From an uncultured Acidobacteriota bacterium (GTDB lineage: Bacteria > Acidobacteriota > Blastocatellia > Pyrinomonadales > Pyrinomonadaceae), in contig CAVVHV010000006.1 of assembly GCA_963748155.1 (NCBI GenBank), positions 562,648-586,647 of the forward strand: a DNA stretch of 24,000 bases, read 5' to 3'. Under the pieces are notes generated by a model. It worked only from the letters and a program-made list of their open reading frames with translations. It did no database searches and had not been told where the DNA came from. Both the position numbers and the translations under genes were made by a program. Positions 11,435-20,163 of the stretch are shown piece by piece; within the stretch, counting starts at the first letter, position 1, and every line of letters starts with the position of its first letter.

Positions 11435-12606
11435 GCGCGTCTCAGCAGCCCGCTCGTCACGGCGATCGAGCAGTTCGCTGCGGCGTCGTAACTGCGATCC
11501 GGCATTGCGCATCACGAACGTGGAACTCTTTCCCATGAATGGCGACGACAGCATCGTTGCTGAGCTGACATCCTGGAAGCGCGGATCTCGACCAGGGCTT
11601 CGTCGCGCTCGGCTGACAACTGAATCGCGGGATGGATGCACGTCGGTGATCGATCTGATGTTGAAGTCCAAGCCTCCGGACACGGATGCAATAGCACGTA
11701 GGCGAACAGGTCGCGCGCCTGTGCGGACGTCAACTGGGCGACGCGTACGCAGCGTGGCGCGACCATATCGGGCTCACCAGGGGGCACCTCAGGGAATTGG
11801 CAATTTATGAGACCGATGATCAACGCTTTCTCGATCATGTTCCGGCGCCCCTTACTGTGTTGCGCGATGACGAACGAGGCGAGTGGCTGATGGCGCTCGA
11901 GTACGTGAGCGATGCCCCTGTGGCTAATGCGTGGGATCGCTCATGGACCAACATCGAGATCGACGTCGCTCTTCGGGGTCTTGCCGTTCTTCATGCCGTC
12001 TGGCGCGATCGTTGGGAGACGCTGATTTCGAAGAGTTGGCTTGCGCCGCGGCGCAGCTCGGCGCAGATGGCAGAGATGCTTCCCCTCTGGTCGGCTCTTG
12101 CCGCAAACGCGCGCCCGGCTTTTATGAACTGGGCGGGACCCGCGCTGGTTAAGGCCCACGAGTCCCTGTTATGTGGAATCGACCGCTGGTGGCAGCCGCT
12201 CGGCAACAATCTCCAGACCTTAATTCATAACGACTTCAATCCCCGGAATATTATGCTCCGCGGCCTCCCGTTGCGCCTTTGTGCCTACGACTGGGAGCTT
12301 GCAACTATCGGCGCTCCACAGCGCGATCTGGCCGAGTTTCTCTGTTTCACGCTGGCGCCTGAGACGTCGGCTGATGATGCGCCCGCCTGGCTTCAGCGTT
12401 ACTGCGGTCTGCTGGAGGAACAAACAGGAACAACCATCGATCGGATCGAATGGGAAGCGGGATTCCGGGCCGCGCTTTGTGACTTCCTGATCGATCGGCT
12501 GGCAATGTACGCGATGATTCATCGCTTCCGTCCACAGGCGTTTCTCCCGCGCGTCGTGCGCACCTGGCTGATGCTTCACAACCGTTTCCCGTGGCCTATC
12601 TCATGA
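11435..12606 (+). CDS. Aminoglycoside-phosphotransferase/choline-kinase-like (protein-kinase-like fold) kinase, apparently frameshifted
   Basis: TLIHNDFNPRNIML (HxDxxxxN-type catalytic loop) and CAYDWELATIGAPQRDLAEFL (metal-binding Asp plus following motif) in ORF 11797..12606. Plausible N-terminal part TNVELFPMNGDDSIVAELTSWK...TSVIDLMLKSKPPDTD in a different frame, inside ORF 11091..11810. Confidence 0.68.
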
Positions 12607-13229
12607 ACAACGTCCCCGCTCACATGGAACCCGCTGGACCAGCGGGCACCATACACGTCAGCAACCTGATTACGTACATGGCGCTCATGGCAGGCTGTGG
12701 TGCTGCATATCTCGCCATGATCTCTCACCACCGCGCTGCGGCCGGGGCGTTCATGGCCGTCGCCGTTATTGCTGATACCTTCGATGGACTCTTCGCTCGC
12801 TTGTTTGATCGCACAAGCTTCCAGTCGGCGTTTGGCGTACAACTCGACAGCCTCACCGATGCCGTAACGTGCGGCTTCGTTCCTGTGATCGTACTCGCGT
12901 CAGACAGCACGCCAGCGACATTGGGCGCAGCCTTTGCGTGGTGGAGTTGCGCGTTTCTCTATACGTTCGCTGCTATCACGAGGCTCGGCTACTACAACCT
13001 CACACACGGCGACGGCCCTTGGTTCGTCGGCCTGCCAGCGCCTTTCTGCGCCCTGGTGATCTCGACATCACTGCTCTGGTCACCACACGCTCTCGCCGCT
13101 GCATTGATTTTGGTCTGCTGCGCTGTGGCCATGGTTGCACCGATCCGTCTACCGCGTCCGCGGGCCGCAGGGCTCATCGCCTTCGTGGGCTGGGCGCTGG
13201 TTCTCGTGGTGCTTCACGGCCTGGTTTAA
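12603..13229 (+). CDS. CDP-alcohol phosphatidyltransferase family membrane protein
   Basis: IADTFDGLFARLFDRTSFQSAFGVQLDSLTD matches the family motif DG(x)2AR(x)nG(x)3D(x)3D. ATG 12603 in an ATGA overlap with the kinase stop is preferred over GTG 12591. Confidence 0.85.
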   Translation: MNNVPAHMEPAGPAGTIHVSNLITYMALMAGCGAAYLAMISHHRAAAGAFMAVAVIADTFDGLFARLFDRTSFQSAFGVQLDSLTDAVTCGFVPVIVLASDSTPATLGAAFAWWSCAFLYTFAAITRLGYYNLTHGDGPWFVGLPAPFCALVISTSLLWSPHALAAALILVCCAVAMVAPIRLPRPRAAGLIAFVGWALVLVVLHGLV

Positions 13230-13242
13230 TTGAGCTTGGATC

Positions 13243-13395
13243 GGGTCAGTACCACCTGCGGTAGCGGGTGGGTGCGTAGCTACGGGCGACTGCTCATCAT
13301 CTCGTTAGATCAACGCTGCGAGCACCTTGTGTTGATAGCACTGACCTGCTTGAGGGCTGCGCACCCACCCGCTATCGCAGGTGGTACTGACCCGG
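13243..13395. repeat. Intergenic inverted-repeat element, copy 1 (GGGTCAGTACCACCTGCGGTAGCGGGTGGGTGCG ... CGCACCCACCCGCTATCGCAGGTGGTACTGACCC)
   Basis: Near-perfect terminal inverted arms of about 34 bp. Shares arms and a CTTGAGGGCT internal segment with copy 2 at 20164-20268 but has a longer loop. Confidence 0.92.
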
Positions 13396-13410
13396 TCCCA
13401 ATCACATTGG

Positions 13411-15525
13411 CTAAGGGAAACTCGTAGTACTCGGCTGGCGTCGAAGAGCGACCCCCGAACATCGTTCCACGAAGATTCGATTCACCAATCTCGCTATTTC
13501 TTCCACCGCTCTTTCAGGAGGCTTGCCACGGCGATGAATCCCACAAACGGCGGTTGTCGACGAATGGTCAAATCCTGGCGCCCAGCGCGATTGACCCCTC
13601 TCATCCAAACCATAGGTTAAGTATGCCGAAAGCGTATCGATCCCAGTGCCAGGCCGCTCGCCGATCAAATGAATGATCATTTCAGCCTTCAGCAGCGAAC
13701 CGACGTGATAACCCGCCCGCACTCTCCCATTCTCAATAACAATGTCTATCTCGCTAATATGATGACCTGCCGCCTGGAGTTCGCGCCGTATGCCCGGTAG
13801 GACCGAACGCAGATTCTCATTGACCGCGTTCGCATTGAGCCCATCCGAAACGACAACCTGCACTTGCGGCCGGCGCGCGGAATAGAGCGCCTGGATACGA
13901 ACCGTATCCTCGTCTGCGATCAGCTCGCCCGTTGCCGCGTGCGCCAGGTAGTCATCTCGGTCCAAAGACCTTGTATGCGCTCGAACGTGACGCGGCGACG
14001 AGTCAAAGACCACTGCCTCTTCCATTGTCGCGTAGAGTGCGTTCCTCGCATTTGAGTAGATCCCCGTAATTCGAGCGTTCGCTTCGGGCGGGTCACCGTA
14101 GTTTTCGTCACAGCCGTAACCAAGATCGGACCCTCGTTCGGCTAGCGCTCCAATCTTTTTTGCTCCTTCGTCGCGGAGCGTATCCAGCGAACGAGTGTCG
14201 CCACCAGCTTTGTGATAAGCCGCATACAGTACATCCGCACTCCTACCGGATACCGCGCCGAATTCAGTCATCGCGGACAGCTCGATTAATCTCTTCTGCA
14301 TTGCGGAGGCGATTTGGCGCCCGGTTTGGCGGCGCAACCTCGGATGCTCGCGAAACGAAGTTGTCATGTATCCAAGCATTGGATCCGCGTTTCCCGCGAC
14401 CGCCATCAAATAGGCCGGGGCAGCCTGGACCACGATGTGTTCCGTCAGGGTCTGCAATTCGACAGGTCCAATGCCCATATGAAAAGTGGCGCAGACATCG
14501 AGTCCCATTGTGATTCCGTGAAGCTTGGCCATCACAGTGTCTTCAAGGCACGCCCGTAGCAATTGCTCGCCGGTGCGGAAGACTTCGGGTCCGATGAATC
14601 CGGCGACATCGTTCACAATCATCCAACTGCCTGTCTGCTGTTGAATGAGTCTCGCAACCCCGTAGGCTCGCGCTTCGAGTGTAACCATATCAACACCCTC
14701 GGCAGCCTGATTGGTGACTGCGGAACCCTGACCCGTCTCGAAGTAGAGCCCGTCAAATCCAGGCGCAAGGGCGAGCAATCCATCAACATTGAGTCCCACC
14801 ATCCCCAATATTGCCTTCGAGGTTCCGGCAAGACTTTGAAAGCCAACATCCACTTTTGTTTGTGAGCGCGCAGTGGTCTGCTTCACGATGTCCGACAGCA
14901 CGCAGAATCGAGTAGGTAACTCAAGTCGCTCGACCACACTCTGCAGTAACTGCTCGAGCCTAATGATTGTGTCGACATCGTCGCTGGCAGGATTGAGACC
15001 GAGAATCACATCCCCGCAACCGTACGCGACCCCTTCGAGAATTGAAAGCAATATCTCGGTTTCATCGTCGCCTGGGGAGTTAGGCTGAATTCGCGAGCCG
15101 AGATGTCCCGGTGAACCTATAGCGATTCCTCCTCCCGGCAGCGGATTGAAGAGCTTGCAGGAAAGCGTTCCCAGCTCTTCATTAGTCATCACTTTCACCA
15201 CTGCAGCAGCGGCTTCGCTTGAGACACCATTGCGATGACGCTCGATCCAACTCGTGCCTTGCGGCGAAAGGAGAATTCGCTTGAGCTCAGCCACGGTAAG
15301 GTGAGCCACTTCACCGGCCAGTTGCGGATCCAAAGATCGATGAAGAGCTTCAGTGACTTGATCTTCAACGAAGTCCGTACTGGCAATATCTCCGAGTGAC
15401 AGAGCGGCCAGCGCGTCACGTGCTTCTCGGCGAACGTGGTCATCGCGCGTGCCGCCGACGTTCAGATCGCCTTCTTTGAACTCATTGGCGAGCGCAAATA
15501 TTTGGCTAAGCTGGTTGCGAGCCAT
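13411..15525 (-). CDS. eutBC: Ethanolamine ammonia-lyase, large and small subunits fused (EutB-EutC)
   Basis: EutB-like: LFNPLPGGGIAIGSPGHLGSRIQPNSPGDD, GLNPASDDVDT, CATFHMGIGPVELQTLTEHIVVQAAPAYLMAVAGNADPMLGY. EutC-like C-terminus: VQVVVSDGLNANAVNE, LIGERPGTGIDTLSAYLTYG, STTAVCGIHRRGKPP. Uninterrupted 704 aa ORF. Confidence 0.92.
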   Translation of the reverse strand: MARNQLSQIFALANEFKEGDLNVGGTRDDHVRREARDALAALSLGDIASTDFVEDQVTEALHRSLDPQLAGEVAHLTVAELKRILLSPQGTSWIERHRNGVSSEAAAAVVKVMTNEELGTLSCKLFNPLPGGGIAIGSPGHLGSRIQPNSPGDDETEILLSILEGVAYGCGDVILGLNPASDDVDTIIRLEQLLQSVVERLELPTRFCVLSDIVKQTTARSQTKVDVGFQSLAGTSKAILGMVGLNVDGLLALAPGFDGLYFETGQGSAVTNQAAEGVDMVTLEARAYGVARLIQQQTGSWMIVNDVAGFIGPEVFRTGEQLLRACLEDTVMAKLHGITMGLDVCATFHMGIGPVELQTLTEHIVVQAAPAYLMAVAGNADPMLGYMTTSFREHPRLRRQTGRQIASAMQKRLIELSAMTEFGAVSGRSADVLYAAYHKAGGDTRSLDTLRDEGAKKIGALAERGSDLGYGCDENYGDPPEANARITGIYSNARNALYATMEEAVVFDSSPRHVRAHTRSLDRDDYLAHAATGELIADEDTVRIQALYSARRPQVQVVVSDGLNANAVNENLRSVLPGIRRELQAAGHHISEIDIVIENGRVRAGYHVGSLLKAEMIIHLIGERPGTGIDTLSAYLTYGLDERGQSRWAPGFDHSSTTAVCGIHRRGKPPERAVEEIARLVNRIFVERCSGVALRRQPSTTSFP

Positions 15526-15665
15526 GGTGAAGAATCATTCTAGACCGGAAGAGAATCAGGGAGAACCCGTCAAGAGTTGACTGCGCGTGCGGATTGAAAT
15601 CGCAGATCCCTACCGTGTCAATTTCCATCACGAGCGGGTAATGGTACAGGTTGAAATCGACTCAT

Positions 15666-15882
15666 TACGCCGAAGGCGTTGGCTAATTTAAGCCCAGGGT
15701 TGGAGCGCAGCGACAACCCTGGGTAAGAATCGAAAAATTTAGATTGAACCCTGAAAGGGTTCGGCGGTCGGCGAACCCTTTCAGGGTTTTCAATAATTAT
15801 CATTGCTTGACCCAGGGTTGTCGCTGCGCTCCAACTCTGGGCTTAAATTAGCCAACGCCTTCGGCGTTTCAAACTGAACCAG
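15666..15882. repeat. ~217 bp nested-palindrome repeat, copy A
   Basis: Outer arms 15667-15724 and 15809-15867 (ACGCCGAAGGCGTTGGCTAATTTAAGCCCAGGGTTGGAGCGCAGCGACAACCCTGGGT and near reverse complement). Inner arms about 15747-15763/15772-15788 (AACCCTGAAAGGGTTCG/CGAACCCTTTCAGGGTT). Near-identical copy at 18144-18358. Confidence 0.95.
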
Positions 15883-15967
15883 TACTCACGAACGGGGAAA
15901 AGTTAGGTATGGTCCAAGCCTCAATATTAGCTTCAAGAATTCAACCTTCTGATCAGTTCTGAAATCG

Positions 15968-15996
15968 TTGACGCTATCTAATCGCGGGAGTATAGT
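15968..15996 (+). promoter_or_regulatory. Candidate sigma70-type promoter for the 16062 CDS
   Basis: TTGACG (15968-15973), 17-nt spacer, TATAGT (15991-15996). AAGGAG Shine-Dalgarno at 16048-16053, 8 nt before ATG 16062. Confidence 0.5.
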
Positions 15997-16061
15997 CCGA
16001 GCATCGCTGGTCCTTTTCTGGTCTCCCTTTCTGAACAACAGTGGCTTAAGGAGTGCCTACC

Positions 16062-18113
16062 ATGAAACTCACCCCTGGATTTCTTAACAGGCAAAACGTC
16101 GTTGGTCTAATTTTGGTTGCGATAGCCTGCTCGTTTCTGATTTCTACATTCAGCAAAGTAGAAAGTGCTGTTCAAACAACGAAGCGCACTATCGAAAATA
16201 AAATTCCCGGTCACGTGCCGCTCCAGATCAAGTTTAAGAAAGACAAGGAGGACAAGATAAAGGGTAACAAAGAGTGGTATCGCGACTTTGAAATGGAGAT
16301 TACCAACACCGGTGATAAACCTATTTACTTCTTTTCCCTCTTTATCCAAATGCCCGGCGTTACCGGCGCAGATGGAGGAGTCATGGTGTTTAATGTTTTC
16401 TTCGGAAGAGCGGAACTGGTCGATGCTAACGTCAGACCGGGGCCTGATGACAAGCCGCTTATGCCGAAGGAAACTTATACTTTTGCAATTCCTGTAAAAA
16501 ACCAGATCGCGTGGGAGGCGTGGCAGAAGAGAAATAACAAATACGATGTTCCGAAACTAGAGATTTTGTTCAACCACTTGACTTTCGGTGATGGTACCGG
16601 ATTTATGTCACTCGGCGCGATTCCGTTTCCAGTAAAACAAGATCCGGAGGATTTGGCGCGTTGCCTGCAAAATTCTCCGCCAGCCGAGCGTTGGGCCACC
16701 AACCCGACAAATGCTTCCGGTCTATTAGCAACCGTGCTTGAGACACCGGCGGCTTTTGCGCCGGTGAATTTTTCTTCAGAGGAGTCCGCTGCTTCAACAC
16801 TTTCCATCCCACCGGATATTTGTTGTCCGAGCACATCCTGCAACAAATTCAAGAATGTTACATACACCTGCGTCTGTGACAGTGACCTGAGCAACGCTGC
16901 CAGTATTGCGACAACTCCTTGCAGCGATCCGGCCGGCGCCTGCGGTAATTCGGTCCCAATGAATAGCGCGTGTAGCTTTGCGGGAGTGGAGTGTCCGCAA
17001 AGGGCTTTTACCCCATGCGTTCCCCCGCCCACGCCTACTCCGACACCAACTCCCTGCCCGGCGACCTTCCCTTCGAGCTGTCCAAGCGGTATAGCCAAAG
17101 ATGTTTGTTCGGATCCGGAGAATGACGGATGTCCACCGTTCATGCATCCCGAAGGTGCGTGTTGTGTAATGGATGATTGTAATTATCCGGCTCTGACATG
17201 CCCGCTCGGAAAAACCAAAATACAATCTGGTCCACCAATATGCTCTCAGTTTTGTGCTGAGATCCTTCCCTTACCTGAAGCCGCGTGCCTCGAATTCGGA
17301 TTCGTGTTCAGCATTGCCGGTGGTTGTAGGGAGTCGGTGCCGATTGAACCCGAAGATTGCGAAGACTTCTTTTGGTTCTGGAATTATCAATTTAGTGGTT
17401 GTAATGCAGAACCACAGACATGCAGTGGGCATTGCTCGCCTTATTGGCCACTAGAGTCTGGCGGATGCGAATTTGGTCTGGACTACTGCGCTTTTCAATG
17501 GGGCTGCCCCTTTGGCTTTACTGATGGCGGGTCTGGATGTTGTTGTGGTCCAACACCCGTATTGATTGACGTCGCGGGAAATGGATTTGCATTAACCGAT
17601 GCGTATAGCGGTGTTAATTTTGATATGGGAGGCGATGGTCATAGTGAACCGATAGCCTGGACGACCAGCGGTACGGATGACGCCTGGCTGGTACTCGACC
17701 GTAATGGTAACGGTAAGATTGACAGTGCTAAAGAGATGTTTGGAAATTTCACCGAACAGCCAATTACCGCACCTCCGAATGGATTCCGAGCCCTTGCCGA
17801 GTATGACAAGCCCGAAAAAGGCGGTAATCGAGATGGTCGGATCCGCAACAGCGATGCCGTCCATGCATCACTTCGCCTCTGGCAAGATGTGAATAAGAAT
17901 GGTGTCTCGGAGCCTTCCGAGCTGCATTCGCTTTCAGAGTTCGGTCTAAATACGCTCGAGCTCACGTTTAAGGAGTCGAAAAAGACTGACCAATACGGTA
18001 ACCAGTTCAGATATCGCGCCAAAGTGAAAGATGAGAACTCCCGGATTAGTCGGTGGGCCTGGGATGTGATTCTCCAGGTGAATCCTCCGCCAAAACGTGG
18101 GGCTAAGAAGTAG
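16062..18113 (+). CDS. Secreted or membrane-anchored Cys-rich protein with Pro/Thr linker and EF-hand/dockerin-like Ca-binding motifs
   Basis: N-terminal hydrophobic segment VVGLILVAIACSFLIS; many Cys in the central third; PPPTPTPTPTP linker; DRNGNGKIDSAKEMFGNF and DVNKNGVSEPSEL motifs. ATG 16062 has a good SD and is preferred over GTG 16053. Confidence 0.75.
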   Translation: MKLTPGFLNRQNVVGLILVAIACSFLISTFSKVESAVQTTKRTIENKIPGHVPLQIKFKKDKEDKIKGNKEWYRDFEMEITNTGDKPIYFFSLFIQMPGVTGADGGVMVFNVFFGRAELVDANVRPGPDDKPLMPKETYTFAIPVKNQIAWEAWQKRNNKYDVPKLEILFNHLTFGDGTGFMSLGAIPFPVKQDPEDLARCLQNSPPAERWATNPTNASGLLATVLETPAAFAPVNFSSEESAASTLSIPPDICCPSTSCNKFKNVTYTCVCDSDLSNAASIATTPCSDPAGACGNSVPMNSACSFAGVECPQRAFTPCVPPPTPTPTPTPCPATFPSSCPSGIAKDVCSDPENDGCPPFMHPEGACCVMDDCNYPALTCPLGKTKIQSGPPICSQFCAEILPLPEAACLEFGFVFSIAGGCRESVPIEPEDCEDFFWFWNYQFSGCNAEPQTCSGHCSPYWPLESGGCEFGLDYCAFQWGCPFGFTDGGSGCCCGPTPVLIDVAGNGFALTDAYSGVNFDMGGDGHSEPIAWTTSGTDDAWLVLDRNGNGKIDSAKEMFGNFTEQPITAPPNGFRALAEYDKPEKGGNRDGRIRNSDAVHASLRLWQDVNKNGVSEPSELHSLSEFGLNTLELTFKESKKTDQYGNQFRYRAKVKDENSRISRWAWDVILQVNPPPKRGAKK

Positions 18114-18143
18114 AGACCTTCGACCACGCAGCGTCAATTGAAC

Positions 18144-18358
18144 TACGCCGAAGGCGTTGGCTAATTTGAGCCCAGGGTTGGAGCGCAGCGACAACCCTGG
18201 GTAAGAATCGAAAAATTAGATTGAACCCTGAAAGGGTTCGGCGGTCGGCAAACCCTTTCAGGGTTTCAATAATTATCATTGCTTGACCCAAGGTTGTCGC
18301 TGCGCTCCAACCTTGGGCTCAAATTAGCCAACGCCTTCGGCGTTTCAAACTGAACCAG
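18144..18358. repeat. ~215 bp nested-palindrome repeat, copy B (direct orientation relative to copy A)
   Basis: Near base-for-base match to 15666-15882 with a few substitutions and small indels (for example CCAAGGTTG versus CCAGGGTTG). Confidence 0.95.
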
Positions 18359-18380
18359 CACTCTATTTTACTTTCCCAAG

Positions 18381-18415
18381 AAAAAAAGGCCCAGTCGAGT
18401 TAAATCGACTGGGCC
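18381..18415 (-). terminator. Rho-independent terminator of the - strand ABC transporter operon
   Basis: On the - strand: GGCCCAGTCGA-TTTAAC-TCGACTGGGCC followed by TTTTTTT. Perfect 11-bp stem, 27 bp downstream of the CDS stop at 18442. Confidence 0.92.
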
Positions 18416-18441
18416 AATTCTGACAAACTCAACAAAGTTAC

Positions 18442-20133
18442 TTAGGAAAGCATTTTTGCTGCTTGTGCCTGGTCGTGGCTGGGGAAGCTTACCGGCTCCT
18501 GCGACTCGAGTTGTTCGCAATCGTATTCCAACTTCCCGTCTTCAAGTTTGATCAGGCGGTCGGCCACATCGTAGTAGCGATCGTCGTGACTGATGACGAT
18601 AACTGTCTTGCCTCTCGCCTTCAGCTCAGGTAACAGTGACTGATAAAAGGTCTGCTTGAAAGTCGGGTCCTGATCGGCGGCCCATTCGTCAAACAGATAG
18701 ATCGAACGATCTTCGAGATAGGCTGTGAGCAGGGCCAGGCGTTTACGTTGTCCCTGTGAAAGCTGCGTCGTCGAAAGCACTCCTTCTTTGACGTCGAGCT
18801 TGTGATTGAGCTGAAGCTTGACGAGATACTCGCGGGCCTTATCGTCGAGCTTCGGTGCCTCCAGTCCGAGCAAACTGTCGAAAAGGAAAAAGTCGGAGAA
18901 GACCACTGTGAAGTGTTGGCGATACCAGTCACGATTCTCATCCGTAACTGGCTGACCATTAATGCGCAGCTCACCCTCCTCTGGCGGATAGAGTCCAATC
19001 AGAAGTTTTGCGAGTGTCGTCTTGCCGCTGCCATTGCCTCCGGTGATAAACACGAGCTCACCCGGCGTGAGTTTCAGATCAACAGGCCCAAGCGTGAAGC
19101 GACTGTTTTCGGCCTCGCGATAATAGCTATGAGCGACCCCTCGCAGTTCTACAGTCTCCCATGCGGGTAACTCTTCGGATGTCTCCGCTGCTTCTTTTTC
19201 CGTTGTATTATTTGCAAGCGACAGGCCCAACGAATCCACCCTCTCCAAAGCAATGTTGGCGCGAAACATCGTCGGCAACATGATGGAGACGAGTTCGATT
19301 GGCATCATTATGAAAAGCAGCAGAAGCGTGTAGCCGGTCAAAACGTCTGTACTTGTATTCGTGTATACCGGCACCGCGAAGACAAGCAGACCTATTAATA
19401 GAAAGAACAGAACTTGTCCCATCCCACTGGCGGCGGTGGTGATCCCACTACCGATAACATTATGACGCCGGTACGATTTGGCCGTCGCTTGTAGTATGCG
19501 CTCCATGAAAGACTGGCGACGGTTGCGATGGAGCTTCAATTCCTTGTTGCCGTCGATCAGAGCCCGAAAGTGTTTGAACAGCGAATCGTGATCTTCACGC
19601 GCGAGACGGAGGTAACGCGTCGCCTTTCGTACAGCCATCTGAAACATGAACATCCCTGCGCTCATAAAAATGACAACTCCGATGAGCACGGGCCACGAAA
19701 GCCAGCCCAGGTAAATCAGACTGGCGATCAAGATTGTAGACTGCATGATGATCGTAGGAATGCCGGCAAGCGCGCTGCTTACAGTTGTCACGTCGTCAGT
19801 GAGTGCAGCGAGCAGACGATGCGGGCCGACTTCTTCGAGTTGACGCAAGGGAGCGCCAAGGATTTGACGGCTCAAGTGCGTGCGCAGATCGTAAATTGCT
19901 GTTTGCACGACATGCGAAAGTGTGACCTGCGAAGCAACGCGACTGATCGGCAGAACAATCCAAAGTGCAATAAAGCCCCACAACAGATTTGGGGAAGCCG
20001 ATTTCCCGGCTGTGAGAGCTGCATGGATAATTGCCAGCAGCGCCGCGTTGCAAGCGCCACAAACAATGCCACCGAAGATCGCGAGAATAACGGTGCGCCT
20101 CGAGTAGCTCAACAATACAGATATGAGTTTCAT
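18442..20133 (-). CDS. Cyclic-peptide-export-like ABC transporter (fused permease and ATPase, SyrD/PvdE-type)
   Basis: Transmembrane N-terminal half; Walker A GGNGSGKTTLAKLLIGLYPP; signature-like TTQLSQGQRKRLALLTAYLEDRSIYLFDEWAADQDP (Walker B, YLFDEWAADQDP typical of this family); switch His VIVISHDDRYYDVADR. Confidence 0.9.
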   Translation of the reverse strand: MKLISVLLSYSRRTVILAIFGGIVCGACNAALLAIIHAALTAGKSASPNLLWGFIALWIVLPISRVASQVTLSHVVQTAIYDLRTHLSRQILGAPLRQLEEVGPHRLLAALTDDVTTVSSALAGIPTIIMQSTILIASLIYLGWLSWPVLIGVVIFMSAGMFMFQMAVRKATRYLRLAREDHDSLFKHFRALIDGNKELKLHRNRRQSFMERILQATAKSYRRHNVIGSGITTAASGMGQVLFFLLIGLLVFAVPVYTNTSTDVLTGYTLLLLFIMMPIELVSIMLPTMFRANIALERVDSLGLSLANNTTEKEAAETSEELPAWETVELRGVAHSYYREAENSRFTLGPVDLKLTPGELVFITGGNGSGKTTLAKLLIGLYPPEEGELRINGQPVTDENRDWYRQHFTVVFSDFFLFDSLLGLEAPKLDDKAREYLVKLQLNHKLDVKEGVLSTTQLSQGQRKRLALLTAYLEDRSIYLFDEWAADQDPTFKQTFYQSLLPELKARGKTVIVISHDDRYYDVADRLIKLEDGKLEYDCEQLESQEPVSFPSHDQAQAAKMLS

Positions 20134-20163
20134 GTTCTTATGCTCCTACACTCTTGCTTGGAA

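Noticed and set aside
16475-17143. 222-aa - strand ORF
   Set aside because: Antisense to the well-supported 16062-18113 CDS; low-complexity VGVGVGVGGG arises from the antisense of the PT linker.
15666-18358. Composite transposon with the repeats as IS ends
   Set aside because: Only a non-transposase gene lies between them, and no target-site duplication or transposase ORF is visible; kept as repeat-bracketed cargo only.
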